From Zancudomyces culisetae HAW-14-8 (lineage: Eukaryota > Fungi > Kickxellomycota): a stretch of 64,000 nucleotides of DNA. Below, piece after piece: positions 1 to 13,700 of this stretch. Positions within the stretch are counted from its first letter, which is position 1; each line of letters begins with the position of its first letter. A program made the position numbers and the translations under genes. The stretch covers positions 992,001 to 1,056,000 of the forward strand of contig JBNJNM010000023.1 in assembly GCA_052426225.1 (NCBI GenBank), read 5' to 3'. The notes beneath the pieces were generated by a model, which made no database searches, had not been told where the DNA came from, and was given only the letters and a program-made list of their open reading frames with translations.

Positions 1-88
1 GCGGTAGTTCTGTTCGATCTACCTGTAGTACCAGGTTGCTGTTTGCTGCATATTGATACTGATTTGCTCGGTTCGCCTCATCTGCCAT
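1..88 (-). CDS. BRR2: 5' end of U5 snRNP helicase Brr2/SNRNP200 (runs off the window edge)
   Basis: Reverse strand from ATG at 88 reads MADEANRANQYQYAANSNLVLQVDRTELP, closely matching the conserved Brr2/SNRNP200 N-terminus (QYEYxANSNLVLQxDR). Not in the ORF track. Confidence 0.88.
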   Translation of the reverse strand, partial: MADEANRANQYQYAANSNLVLQVDRTELP

Positions 89-974
89 TTTATTTTTATT
101 ATATTTTATTATATTATATTATATTTTTACTTTACAGGGCTTTTTATTATTATTTACTATTAAAATATTATTATTATTATAAAAAAATTTTTTTATTAAT
201 TTTATTAAATTTTGTTTATTTATTGGATTATTTGTTTATTTTCCAATACTCTATTAAACTACAATTACGCGATTTTTGGATCAATATGTATACATTTATT
301 TAAATTTTAGAAATTTTGTAATTGTACTTATTATTTGGTGAATAAAAACCTCACCCCGCCCCCCCTCCCCAAGGACAATAAATGGCAAGTTGTTATAACT
401 TAACTTTTATGTTTTTCAAATCGGACTTGTAAAAATATGCACCATATATTCAATACTACTGTGTTTTATACTGTACTATACTATACTGTACTATATTATG
501 TTATAATTATAGATTTATTTCTCAATTTTGGTTAGGTTGAGTTTCTAAATAGTCTAGTAATTTCCAAATTATTTTGATTTCTATTGATGAAATTTGTTAG
601 TCTGTTACAGTGTATTTTTGAAACAAATACTGGTATATTTGAATTATTAGCACGTGGGTGGGCATACTGGGTATGTGCAACAGGTTTTATCATGTAGTTT
701 TCCCAATATTTAAACAACGAAAAAAACAAAAGAAAATTGATGTATTGATATTCAGATTAAACAAAGTCTCTCAAACTTGGTTGATTAGAAACTAAAAAGC
801 TAAAAAAAATAAAAAAAATACCATCCATTTATTACAACCAAACTTCTATATTATATCCTCTCCCACCCCTCCCCCTTCCCCTTGTTTCTCTCCATTTTAT
901 TATTGTAAAAGTATATTTATATATATTATTCAACGATATATTATATATATATAACTATTAAACAATAAGCTCAT

Positions 975-996
975 ACACACACACACACACACACAC
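975..996 (+). repeat. (AC)11 microsatellite immediately 5' of the Ap4A phosphorylase start codon
   Basis: Direct reading; the repeat ends 3 nt before the ATG at 1000. Confidence 0.95.
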
Positions 997-999
997 AAA

Positions 1000-2573
1000 A
1001 TGCAACTACTAAGCCTTATTAAAACCAGGTACAACCAAGCCCTAAATAAAGGGAGTCTCATATTCTTCGAATCCAACCTACTCAATCTGTTTGAAAAACA
1101 AGTCAAGGCAAGTCCTTTTGAGATTTAATAATAACAGTAAAAACAAAAATACAATTTCGTAATTGGAAGGGGGGGGGATGTGAGTTTCACATTCTTTACA
1201 ACCCCTCTCACCCTCTCACCCACCCACATTCTTTATCTCTCTCTTTGTATTCAAAGAGTAAATGATATATTACGTTATTCTCTTTGCTAAATTATAATAA
1301 ACTAATTGTTTCATAGTTTGAAGCCAGGGTTGCTCCAGTACTGGCAAAACTTGCTGATACAAGCCCAGAAGACAAGAAAAAAGAAAAAACCTTTGTTGAC
1401 CCTTTCAAAACCATTGAAAAGGACCTACTGCTATACGAAATCGATCCAGGCCACAGTCTTGTATTAAACAAGTTTTGTATTGTCCCTTACCACCTACTAA
1501 TTGTTACCAAAGGTAAAAAAATAAAATTAAAAATTAAAAACTCCTCACTCTCTCTCTCTCCCCCCCCCCCCCATTAACTTATCTATCTCGTATCCCATTC
1601 AATCTATTTTTATTTTTTTAATATTTTATTTACAACTTTACCAATAGATTTTATTGAGCAAGGAACTCCCCTAGACCATGTAGATTTTAAAGCAATTGTA
1701 TCTACAATCTTTAAAATTGCAGAACCTACTGTTACTTTTTATAACAGTGGTGAAAACTCTGGTGCAAGGTATGTATTCTTCCCCCTACCCCCACCCATAC
1801 CCCCCATCCCATTCTTTTTTTTTTACCTTCTACCATTGATTTTTTAACCATGTATTCATAATTACGATATTACCAAGTCAACCGCACAAGCACATTCAAG
1901 TTGTCCCATTGTTAGCTGAACTGGATGATTCGCCAGTTGCAAAACTCTGGATGCGATCAAACCCACCACTAGGTAACTTGCCTTATTGTGTTTTCATTTA
2001 CTCTTTTTATCATAAAAGCATGGTAAATTTTGAAAATTCTTCTTTTAATGTTTATAACTGTAATTAGATCAAGTATTTACCTGCTCAGAACTTCCGTTTG
2101 CACATTGGGGAGTTAGGTTAGACTCAAAGATCATGAATCCCAATGGTGAACACTCTGCTACCACATCCACCACCACCGATTCACATGCTACTGATGTAGC
2201 AGTTGAAACAGCAACTCTTTACCTAGTTGAACAATACAACAAAATTCTCGTCAAATTGTGCGAGTTTTGGTATGACCATGTTGATACCTCCAAACCAAAC
2301 TCTACCGAGTCATCATCATCATCATCACCAATGACAAATATTGATATCGCTCAGACAATCAAAATGTCATACAACTTGATTCTCACCAGAAACGCAATGA
2401 TTTTGATCCCCAGAAGTGTTAGGGATTATGAAGGTATCCCTATCAACTCCCTTGCCTTTGCTGGACTCTTGCTCTGTAAGAGTGAGGAACAAATGGATTT
2501 TGTCAAGAACTTTGGTCCCCTAAACACTTTGGCAAAGACTGCTTATCCTATATCCTTTAATTCCAAGATTTAA
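1000..2573 (+). CDS. APA2: Diadenosine tetraphosphate (Ap4A) phosphorylase / ATP adenylyltransferase, APA1/APA2 family; 5 exons (1000-1107, 1317-1512, 1648-1768, 1878-1972, 2068-2573)
   Basis: Manual splicing gives one continuous frame containing LNKFCIVPYHLLIVTK, FYNSGENSGASQPHKHIQ (HxHxQ motif) and SYNLILTRNAMILIPR...INSLAFAGLLL. Introns 2-4 are GT-AG; intron 1 is best read as GC-AG. Confidence 0.92.
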
Positions 2574-2907
2574 TCTTTTTCTTTCTTTTTTTTGATTATC
2601 TTTTTTATTCCCATTTATTGTATCCCTCTCACTAGTTTTTTGTTCTCTTAATAAACACATACAAAACTTCTAGTATAAAAAACAAGGTTATTTTTGTATT
2701 GCATCATAATTATTCCAACATCTCCCCCCCCCTTCCACTTTTACAAACCTTTTATAAGCCAAGCTTTTTATTGTAAATCTAATATATCTATTAAATAAAA
2801 GACAACAATATTCTAGACAAAAAGTTTTTAATTCAACTTATCCCCCCTGCTAAACTCGATACATGTTGACAATCTTTTACGATTATGATTATGCTTTATA
2901 ACTAAAA

Positions 2908-4019
2908 TTACATCATTTCCATATTTTCGTTATCATCTTGGGTCCTGGAAAAGCTGTTGATGACCTTTCTAAATAGATTTTGTCTCTTCTTGCGATTTCC
3001 AGATGGATCTAATGAATATACCAAAAAAAAATACACACACACAATAAGTACATACTTGGTATGAAAATTAACCCTAGAATTCATTATCATGTTGAAAAAA
3101 AAAAGCGTAATAAAGTGTGGTTGTTCAAAAGACTTACCAAAGCTTGGAAGTGTATTATCTGGTGTATCAAATGATATCAAATAAAATATCGGTAATGTCC
3201 AAACGCATATTGTCATAAACGACACAATTTCCCAAGTACCCAATCCGTCCTTGGCTTCAAGAAAATACGATAGCCATGCAAAGTGATTTGCAATTGTGCA
3301 CACTATATTGATTAGCATTTAGTTATTTAATTATTCCCTTAGCGTCTTTATTTTTTTTTTTCCTTTTTGTAATTTTAGTGGTATTTTGAGTATACTTTAC
3401 AGAATGGTAAAAGTGAACGTGTATATTGGTATTGGATACTCACCTCCAAAAAACATAAAGGAAAAACTCAGCATGTTTATAATCGGGAATGTCTTTAGCA
3501 ATAACTGATAAGAACTTAGCGAAACCAGTGACAGTGCTGTATAAAGTATGGGATATCCATCTACTATCACCAGTATTATATGTATGGCTGCAATCACCTA
3601 TTCATTTTGCAACACAATTTATGTTTTCATCAAAGCTTTTTGAAACATGGTTTTGATACATATTGTTGGCAAATTTGCTAGCTTGTTCAGGTGTCTATTT
3701 GCAAATAATATCAACTAGACAAGCCAAAAGACTATAAAAATATAGTACCAAAATCCAACAGGTAATAATAGCAGAAACCTTACCATAGACAAGTAATAAA
3801 TCGTCTTTCGCGCGAAATAGGGATGTTCATCTATAAATGTCGCCGCTAAGTATAACGCCGAACCTATTTAATCGCACCTCTTCCGATCAGTTCTCACCAG
3901 GATATAATTGCAATCCAATAGTATTTAAAACACATTTCTGGCTTACCTATACTAAATACACCAAAGAACACCACCAAAACCAGACATACTACGGAAAGAA
4001 CCTTAGAGGCAATGTACAT
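2908..4019 (-). CDS. SVP26: SVP26/TEX261-family ER-Golgi cargo adaptor membrane protein; 5 exons (4019-3947, 3863-3784, 3597-3444, 3302-3138, 3008-2908)
   Basis: Spliced product includes GSALYLAATFIDEHP, FPIINMLSFSF, NHFAWLSYF and EIVSFMTICVWTLPIFYLISFDTPDNTLPS, as in TEX261/Svp26. All introns are GT-AG with compatible phases. Confidence 0.87.
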
Positions 4020-4056
4020 TTTCAAGCTCTATTCGTTATTATTATTCTGTATTCTG

Positions 4057-4100
4057 TAGTAGTAGTAGTTGTTGCTGTTGTTGTTGTTGTTATTGTTGTC
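4057..4100 (+). repeat. (GTA)n/(GTT)n trinucleotide tract upstream of the SVP26-like gene
   Basis: gtagtagtagtagttgttgctgttgttgttgttgttattgttgtc read directly. Confidence 0.85.
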
Positions 4101-4725
4101 GTGGTCTAAAATTCAAGTCTCGAACTTTACTATGAACAAGTTGCATATTCAAAAAAAAAAAGAGTTAGGGCACAGCTGGTATTGGCTTATTCGGGATTCT
4201 CATCTTTTTCAGTCACTTCATTCGTCTATTGGCTGTTTATCAATTTTTTTATTTTGAGGAATCTTATTAGCCAAAGAACATTTTTGCTGGACTTGAAAAT
4301 AATCTGGCTTTGGACCAAAAAGTAGTAATAATAACAATAATTCCGCCAAATTTCACGAATTCCATGTTTTTTATCCATATTTTGGTACTATTCATAGCAA
4401 AGTATCTGCGATATTTAAAAAAAATTTTTTTTTTTAACCTCCACCTTTCAACTACAAAAGCAGGTATAAATTTGGAAAAGCCTGGAAAACAATCTTTATT
4501 GCCAAAACCAGGCTAGGCTCGGCGTTATCTATTGGCCCAAATTCGTAATGCACCTTTTTTTTTTTACTTTCTGCCAAGTATATTTGCCAAATCAATACAC
4601 ATGTGCCATTTTGTAATATTTATAGACTCTTTTTATATTTCCAGACGAGTTGTTCTATCAAACTAAAACAACACAATAGATTCCAACTACAACTTATACT
4701 TATAAATAGCTACACTCCATTAAAA

Positions 4726-5448
4726 ATGAATAACGCACTATTTAATGCGAAAAGATTTTGTAGACCTGGTTTACAAGCAGGAAATCTTTTCAAGTTGGGC
4801 CACATTTCACCATCTCTAGCAAGGTTTCCCAAGCCAACTTTTCCTATAAATTGCGGCATTGGTACCAAAAACTATAGCTCTTTTGCATTGAGATTTTCAA
4901 ATATATTTTCAAAGAACCCCATACTTTTAAAAAATACAGCTTCGATAGAAAATAATGGAATTACAATGACTCGAATTATGAAGCAGAATCGCAATTCTGG
5001 AAAACGATCGTATTCTTCCAATCCCAAGGACAACGCCGAACCTAAAAAGAAACAATCAAAGATTAGAACATTGATTACCGAGTATGGAATAATAGCTCTG
5101 CTTGGATACAGTATAGTTGGAACCATTGATCTTGGACTAAGCATAGCATTTATATACTGGAATGGAGACGAATTCGTTTCAAAACTCAATGATCTTCTGA
5201 TCAAGTACGTTCCAATTTTGGCACCATCTTCCTCTTCTGAATCAGACATGTCTAAAGACTCAAACGGTAGCTTTATGAGCAGACTGGATCCAAAATTGAC
5301 AGTAATTATTGTTTCTGGGTACGCTTTGCACAAACTGTTGATGCCGCTTAGACTGGTTATAGTTGCAGCTTTGTGCCCACCAGCAGCCAGATATGCCAAA
5401 AGAATGGGCTGGAACTGGTTGATTAGATCTAAAAACAAAATAAACTAG
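4726..5448 (+). CDS. FAM210/NAT2-like (DUF1279) mitochondrial membrane protein
   Basis: Basic, acid-poor N-terminal presequence from ATG 4726; motifs LITEYGIIALLGYSIVGTIDL and YALHKLLMPLRLVIVAALCP. Confidence 0.82.
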   Translation: MNNALFNAKRFCRPGLQAGNLFKLGHISPSLARFPKPTFPINCGIGTKNYSSFALRFSNIFSKNPILLKNTASIENNGITMTRIMKQNRNSGKRSYSSNPKDNAEPKKKQSKIRTLITEYGIIALLGYSIVGTIDLGLSIAFIYWNGDEFVSKLNDLLIKYVPILAPSSSSESDMSKDSNGSFMSRLDPKLTVIIVSGYALHKLLMPLRLVIVAALCPPAARYAKRMGWNWLIRSKNKIN

Positions 5449-6748
5449 TACATTTTGACACCAGGAATAGCTATTTTATTAGTTTCTTAGAAGCATTTTT
5501 GCTATAACATTACTCTGGTTATTCTGCGAATTTCAGCTTGTTAGGCTTGTTTGGTATACATCTTTATAATATTACTGTTTATATTGACGTTGATATACTG
5601 TTTAATAGGTATATTCAATGCGATTATAGAGATATTGGGGTCATGTATACATTCTTTGATTAGTTGACTAGTTAATACAGTATTTATACTCATCAGCGAC
5701 TTTCTGTTATTTTCTACGTTCTATATTGGTTAAAAGATGAAAAATGAAGTTTTTTTAAAAGACATTACCACAATTTACTACTCAGTTTTGGTTAGCTCAA
5801 TATTTAACCAACATCACCTTTAGTTCCTTTTGTAGTATGATAAAGATACCCATATTAGTCTTTCAGTATTTTTTATTTGTATGAAATATCCTTACTTTTT
5901 CTACCAAAGTACTGATTTGTTATTGGATCGCCTTGCCTTATTTTTTTATATTTTCGCAAAATGGTGTTACATTGATGGTACCAGGAATATAAAATTATAT
6001 TGAAAGTGGCTTGTGGATTAATGTGTTACAAAATATAGTGTTAATCCCCTCCATTGTGTTAGGATTGTTGTGTGCCATTGTACCAACAATGTAAAGGCCG
6101 ATTGACACTTAACTTTAGTGTACCTAAGGTCATCACAGATTGGACAAAATTGAAAAAAAAATCCAGCTAAAGAATGCTTCCGAAAAATCCATCCAACACT
6201 TTTTTTTATGAAGTGACATATCATAATAAAATTGTTGAAAAGTTTAATTATTTAATAACAAGTGTTTATAATGAATGCTTTTTTTCTCAACATATTCGCG
6301 CCAAAACGTTTGAATAATACAGTAAACCTATAAAACATTCCCAGAGTTACAGACGCGTGTATTGTACCCCAGACCAACGATTACTATTTGCGTTCTTTTG
6401 TTTTCTCTCCTTTGCTGCTAACTGGGGTTGGCCACAAAGTTGTATATCTGTTATCACCTTATTGTTTTTAGAGCCAATACAAAACGCACTTCAGTATCCT
6501 GTGTAGACTTTTTTCATATTTAATTCGAAACAATCTTTACCTTACCTATTTGCATATATTTACGATTCCTTTTAGTATAGATTTTGTAGCTTCACAAATA
6601 TACAATACGAATATGGCTTAGCAATTATTCGATTCCTTAACACCATAATAGTATATTATAACTTTTTTCTTATAAAATTACACATTTATCTGAAATCTTC
6701 AATGAGGTACCATAAAAATATACAATTCTGAACACAAATATAGAAAAA

Positions 6749-7864
6749 ATGGTTATGTTTTCACTACGAAATCTAATAACGCTAACGGTAACCTTTGTAT
6801 TTATAAGTACAAGCAAAGCTGCTGAGAATAAGAACGGGGTTACAAATAATCAAAATGTACGCGGAGGTGCAGACCAATCAAGAAATGCAAATGGAAATTG
6901 GAATAACAGAGGAAACAGGAATAAAGGATACGATCGCAACAACCACAAAAACAATAGATGGGGTGGTAAACATGGCGGCGGCGGTGGTTTTGGCGGAGTT
7001 GGAGGGTACTGGGGAGGAGTAAATCGGCCTATGTTTCCTGGACCAATTATCGGAAATATCGGAAATCAAATAATACCGTTGCCTGGAGTATCAAACACCT
7101 GCAACTTTCCATGGGGCGATGGGAATTTTGATAATGTGGTAGCAATTACCCGAGGAGCAGCAAACGCGGGATGGGCAATGTCACCAGATCAGACGTGCAA
7201 ACCTGGGAGCTGGTGTCCGTATGCCTGTAAACCGGGCTACTACTCAGCTCAGTGGGACCCCAAAGCTCTCTTGTATAACGGCCCTGGATCAATGAATGGT
7301 GGGTTGTATTGTGGACTAAATGGTGTACTTCAGAAACCTTTTCCTGACAGACCATTCTGTAAACCCGGGATGATGAACGTAAAAATGGTAAATGCGTTGA
7401 GGGGACCAGTTTCAGCATGTCAAACAGTATACCCAGGGAATGAAGCTATGATAATCCCAACAGTTGTTTATCCCGGACAGATTTCAGACATCAATGTTGT
7501 GCCTAGAGACTACTGGCTTGGTACTTCTTCACAATTTTATGTCAATCTAGAAGGCTCTACTAACACACAATGTATTTGGGGACAAGCAAACAAACCAGTA
7601 GGAAACTGGGGTCCCTATATTTTTGGTGCTGGCCAAGGAAAAGATGGAAACACGTATGTCAGCGTACAATACAACCCGCTTTACAAACAGTCTGGGTTTG
7701 ACCCAAAAAATGCATACAATGTAAAAATTGTGTGTAGGTTTGGGAAATGCAATTTTGGGGCTGGTAATGAGTGTAAATGCGAGAAGGGTGTATGTTCGCA
7801 AGCAAATGGATGTACAGTGACTTTAACGCAAGGAGCAGTGGCGCATTTTGTCTTATATCGTTAG
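6749..7864 (+). CDS. Secreted SUN-family (GH132-like) beta-glucanase/glucosidase, ADG3/YMR244W type
   Basis: Signal peptide, Asn/Gly-rich linker, then NAGWAMSPDQTCKPGSWCPYACKPG, SMNGGLYC and CQTVYPGNEAMIIPT. Confidence 0.88.
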   Translation: MVMFSLRNLITLTVTFVFISTSKAAENKNGVTNNQNVRGGADQSRNANGNWNNRGNRNKGYDRNNHKNNRWGGKHGGGGGFGGVGGYWGGVNRPMFPGPIIGNIGNQIIPLPGVSNTCNFPWGDGNFDNVVAITRGAANAGWAMSPDQTCKPGSWCPYACKPGYYSAQWDPKALLYNGPGSMNGGLYCGLNGVLQKPFPDRPFCKPGMMNVKMVNALRGPVSACQTVYPGNEAMIIPTVVYPGQISDINVVPRDYWLGTSSQFYVNLEGSTNTQCIWGQANKPVGNWGPYIFGAGQGKDGNTYVSVQYNPLYKQSGFDPKNAYNVKIVCRFGKCNFGAGNECKCEKGVCSQANGCTVTLTQGAVAHFVLYR

Positions 7865-9330
7865 AAGTATTTTCCACGTTTTTCTGGGGCTTATTTGTGA
7901 CTGTTTGTGCGTGTACATGTGTTTTTTTTTCTTTTAGCAGCTTGTAGGTGTCTGAAAAAGTGAACATAAGTGTAAATAAATTAACCAATATTTTTTTTGC
8001 CATGCTTTGATCAACCAAAGCGCAGGTTTTTTTTTTAAAAAAAAAAGAGTATTAGACCGTGGTATGATATGTTCGTTATATGAAAGGGCGGGGGGGGGTG
8101 TTGTTTTAGGGCGAAAAGATAAAAGCTTGTCAAGATTTTTTAGTCCTTAATGATCTTCAATACATATAGTTTGTTTTAAAATAACAACAACAAAAAAAGT
8201 AAAAAATTGTACTGAATGAAATGGATGAGGTTATGAGTGGTGTTAGAATGCAATCAACAGCAGGAATCACAACTTTTTGTATCTGGAATTTTTTTGCCTA
8301 GAATAATGCATACAAAAAAATACGCAATTAAGTCTTATTAAAGATTCTAGAAGAAGGGAGGGAGGTAGCTCAATTGGGGATATGAGGGTAATATCGTTTT
8401 TTTTTACTTGGCAAGTAATTTATTAGGGTTTATTAGGTGTTAAAAACATTGTAAAAGAGATGAATACGAGTTGGAAAAAAATAGTAGCGTAAGTTCCCAT
8501 GGTAATTCTTATCTAACAGTCTAGGATAAGTTTATGTACAAAAGGATACTAGTGTATTTCAAGCTGGGCTTGAATTCGGGAATGGAATAAGTTAATAGCT
8601 GCATTAAATTGATCCACAGAGTCCTCTATGAACACCAATTTACAGCATGCTTATTCTATTATTTATTAGAGCCTAGATTTTATCAAATATATTACTGAAG
8701 TTCTTTAAGCTTTCCAAATGGAATAAAATAGGATCAGCATTAAAGTAGACGTGTGTCATTTAAATTACAGAATTAGTTTCTACACCTAAACTTACTATAC
8801 ATAAAAAAAGCTAGTTACACAACTTCAATTCTTGAAATTGATAGACATACAATTATTTGGGATTTGACTTCGTGTTAACTATGAATACGAAAACATTTTT
8901 TTTATTTCATTTTATTTTTCACTTTTTCGTGTAAGAGCCATTTATGCATTATTTCGGAGTAATATTCTGTATAACGAAAAGGTAACAAAAATGATATAAT
9001 ATATATAGCGCATTTGAGGAAAAGTTAGAAATACTTAAAGAATATCTCAACATATATTAAATGGAGCTCGAAAAGTTAAAACTATAATGCTTCAAACTTT
9101 AAAAAAACTTTATGTGTTTATGGATTTAAAACAAAAAGTAGAAAAAGTAGTCGAGCTAAGGCTGTATAAAACCGATAAGGCTACATAAAATAAATAAGGC
9201 AAACACAATGTGGTATCGGCTGATACTATTGCTAATACCAAGCATTGTCTTTTCCATGAATATGCAATCAGATGCTTGTAAGTACGATCACTATTCAAAA
9301 AAATATTAAAAATAAATAAATAACTAAAGG

Positions 9331-10135
9331 ATGCTAAAGTATAAAGTGACGAACAGTGTACATATTTTTGTGGATGAATATATAAAGCACAAGATATTTG
9401 ACATAAAATGCCACAAACTATGTTATATAGTGCAGGGAAGATCGAAATTTGAAAGACAGCCTGGTATGTTGGCCAGTGCCAACAGCATTAAAAACGGACT
9501 CACTAGTATAATCCAGAAAAATGGGATAGGAAACACACTAAAGTCAGGCGAAAGTGCGTCTATATTGCTTCCTAAGGAGCTAAAAAGTAGATTGGAGGTG
9601 TACCTTGAGGACAATGGTACCATATCAAACTGGAATATCACAAACAAATCAAAAGGTAATTACATACCATAGGGTACTTTAGAGTGTTATATTTATTTTT
9701 TTGATTATGTTATTAAAGTGCGTATAGTGAGCAAACCAAAAAAAAAAAAAGGTTTATATCTTGATTACTACAAAAATAAAAATAGATGTGCATTTGGTAT
9801 ATGCAAACAATAACAAGGTACTGAAAAGTCATAATCCCGGGTATAAAATACGGCTTAGATTCAATGCGTTGATTGAACCAGAAGTAGATTATGTAATAGT
9901 TATGGAAGTAACTGTGGTAACAATGGAAGATGTAAAAATAGTTAGAAACTTTCCTATTTATTCGACATTAACAGAAAGCATGGCCAGCCCTACAGTTGCT
10001 ATAGTCAATAGAAGCAGAGATAGTGGCAGTAATAGACGTGGTACTAACGGAATTAAAAAGAATAGTATTGATGATGACAGTGATAATGAAATGTTGGGAG
10101 CTATAGAGGATATTTATGAAAAGTATCTATTCTAG
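9331..10135 (+). CDS. Hypothetical protein, 2 exons (9331-9655, 9786-10135)
   Basis: Two ORFs join in frame through a GTAAT...ATAG intron (phase 1, G+AT = Asp). Acidic low-complexity C-terminus; family not confidently recognised. Confidence 0.6.
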
Positions 10136-10768
10136 CATTTTGAGTATGAAGAAATGTTTGGCAAAGCGGTTTTGTAATACGTAATTAAGTGCTTTTAGTG
10201 TTTATGTCTAATTTTCAATAAATATATAATATGGTATTTCAAACTTCAGAATACCTTGGTTATCTATGCGGGTAAAGTGAAAGTGTATAACCTCATAGTA
10301 TAAGGGATATTAGTTTAGAATGTACATTTGTGTTCAAGCATTAACACGAAAAAAATTAGGAGAAAGATCAGAAATTATATATTTTCAGGTCAGTTTTAAA
10401 GTCCATCAATTTTACTTCATCATGCACATCTTTTTCTGGTTTTACCAAAATAGGTGGTCAACTAAACTAACCACAAAAGTGGCTATTATTTTTTACATAA
10501 TTTTGCAAGAAAAAATTCCTCGTCCTCCCAGAAAACTACTGAATGTCATCTGCTATTTTAATGTCAATATTGGATTTTTCTAAAGAAATATTTTCCATTT
10601 AGTTTGTAAATAAAAGAAACTGTATTTTTTTTTAAAAATTCGGACCATATGTTGTACCCAGGTATATTCAAATCTGATACATGAAAAAAGAACAGGATAA
10701 AAGTTGTTGGAAAAAGTAAGAATCACTCACATTAAATCTCAAACAAGCCAATTCAAAAAATAGAATAG

Positions 10769-13700
10769 ATGAATGTCGCTATAATGGATGGAAAAGTGGT
10801 GAATCCAAGGGAGGAAGGCAACCCACAGAACCCCAAAACAATATCCCAAAAACATCAGAGTAAGTTAGCCTTTTTCCATAAAATTAGGATATAAAGCTTC
10901 TAGGCTGATTCTTCGCTAAAACCCTTGTAGAATCGCGAGCCCCTTATCTTTTCTTTTTTCGTTAAAAAAAAGTAAAATCCATAACATAGATGCTTCCAAT
11001 AAATATACAATAGAGATTAGTGAGATGATTTGGGGAATGTACAAACTGAGAAAAAGTGAATTAACAAGCCAGCAAGGAACACAACAGAATCTCAAAACTA
11101 CAAATGTGTTCAAAACAAATTTAGAATACGGAAACGAATTGCTAGCGGAAATAAACAAAAAGGATGTAAAGACGGAAACCATTTTAACAATATATAAAAG
11201 ATTGTTTTATGGGGATCTAGATTCAAAAGGCTTGGTTGATCAGATTGCTAGAGGAGTGTAAGTCTTTGATTTGAATAACTGACCTATAATTTGCACAAAC
11301 TACAAAATTGTAGAGATTTGTTTGGAAAGTGCTTTAGATTGTGGCTATCAAGGTATTATAGTGATAGATATGTCAATATTAGACAAGAGAATAGTTTTGA
11401 ACATAATTTGTAAATACTAATATATGTAGATTCAAAACAAATGAAGAGAAGAATATGATTATAAGAGTAGTAATGGAGCTTGCAAAGAAAATGAATGAAA
11501 AAGTAGAATGGATACTTGGATATTTAGAAAATGCAATGTACCAGATAAACAATGAGGGGCGTGGTAAACGAGACAAGGAAAGGGTAAAAACAAAAAGAGT
11601 GACAGGTATAGTTGAGAGGAATAAAGAGGTTGAAGATGATAGCGAGGCACAAAAGTTGGTTATGGGAATGCTAGAAAGAGTGTTGATGATAATAAACAAA
11701 CGGCAAGATGGAGAGTTCGAGGCAAAGCAAAAAAGAAGGGAGGTAATAATGAAGGTGAACGAGATTGTAAATTCATTTGAACAAAAGAAGCTAGCATTGG
11801 CAGGGTTAAAAGTAATCTACCAAGCTATTAAGGGAATGAAAAATAGATATAAAGAGGATATGGGAAAAGAGTGGCAAGGTATTGTAGGGACATATGCATA
11901 TATGCTGGAAAGTGCAGTAGAAAGATATAACATCGATAGCGAAGTGGATGAAAGGGATGGAGAGGGGTTGGTTTTGGCGATACGAGAAATCCTCCGTCTT
12001 AAAAAAAAATCTGGGTTATTGAAGAGGTATGTTGAAAATTTGATGGAAAAGCTGATTAGAATTATCAAACTGGTGGAGAACGAAATGTATTTGAGAGGGA
12101 AGAATAGCAGGATAGATATACAGCTATATACAGACTTTGAGTGTTGTAATATATTGGTTCATGAGTATTTGGATAAAGAGGCAATTTTAGATAAATCTAT
12201 AAAAGAGCTCTTGACAAACGAAAAAGACATTGAGAAAGCGAGGAGCAAGATCATGGCAGAAAAGGTTATAAATGTAGTGGATTTGATCGAAGTGGGAATT
12301 AGACTGGCGAATTTATACAGTAGCGAATATTCATGGACAAAGCTAGTAGGGGTTCTAATTACAAGAACGATCTCGGTGAGAGACAACCTTCTTTACAATA
12401 AGCTAGAGGCGCTTTTAAAGATGAAAACAATATTTCACGATAAAATGGAAAACGATGTTGGGGATTACGAATTCAACATGTTTAATTCGGGAATGAGGGG
12501 CAAGGAGTTGAATAGCCTAGCAAAATATGTCTATTCAGTATTGTTGTTTATAAAAAATTATACAAAAGAAATAGAAAATGGTGACAAGAAGATCAAGGAA
12601 TTAGTTATTTCCAGCTTGTTTGGGTATGAAACCATATGGGGGAAATTGCTTCGAGTTTCGGCTAAACACGGCGAGCGTGGAATTGCGGAAAATGTGATGA
12701 ATATAGCATATACTTTGGTTGGTAAAGAGCCTTGTAATGGGATGCCGGGATTGGTGGAAATGGCAAATGCAAATTGGATCAGGAGGATTGAGGAAGTGGA
12801 TATAAAAGCTCGGGAGTTAAAAGTGATACATTCAGAAATTCTACAGCTTTTTACAGAAAAAGATCTAAGCGAAAGTAGCAAAAGTAGGAAGGTGGATAGC
12901 AATATTAAAAGCTACGACAATGAACTGTGGGTTGCCGACTATTACTTTTATTTACAAGCGTACAGAAGCCATGTGATGGAGAGAAGCAAGATAGAAAGTA
13001 CGTTGGGGGTAATATCAGTGGGCATGGTTTTGATGCTATCTGATTTGATTCTGCTAAACAAAAATGAAAAGAATAAAATGGAATACAATGGAATCTGGGT
13101 GGCAATTATGGAAACCATTTGGAAAGTGGTGAAAGACGTAAAATACATTGCAATTATTATTAGAATTACGTGTAAAGTGTTGCATAAACTACCAATCGAT
13201 AGTTTAGTTGGATTTCTAAAGCTAAATATACAGGTTTATGGATCGCTCGATGTAGAAACGCTGGAACAGTTGCTTGAAGTGTGGATTCATCGCAGCTTGG
13301 TCGAGCCCAATCCTGCTGTTCGGTTTTGTATTGTTTCAGATCTTTTAACAGGTGTAAATGACAGATTTCCAGACTTGGAGGCATGGAAAAATGACACAAA
13401 TTGTCAAATTCTCAGGGCTAAATGTTTTGATGTGAATGAAAAAGTATCCTCTCAGCATATTTCTCTATGGGAGAAATTATATTCTAATCTGGATGCAAAC
13501 CACCAAAATAAACACGCTTATTACCTATTAGCAAATTTGGATAAAAGCTCTACAAACCTGTTTGCACTAAGATTTAACCGACATATCAAAGGTGCCAGAG
13601 TCAATCTCGATATCCATTATCTGTTTCTACAATTGATTTCTTGGAACACTTCGTGTAGGCTTGATTTCGAAATTCCAACTTTGAATCACTTACTACCTGT

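Noticed and set aside
43-729. Tyr/Leu/Phe-rich ORFs at 43-303 and 532-729
   Set aside because: Low-complexity AT-rich DNA between the divergent BRR2 and APA genes; the first overlaps BRR2 antisense.
4872-5438. 188-aa antisense ORF
   Set aside because: Lies opposite the FAM210/NAT2-like gene and has no recognisable motifs.
8360-8400. TAGCTCAATTGG resembling a tRNA A-box
   Set aside because: No downstream T-arm/B-box or acceptor-stem pairing.
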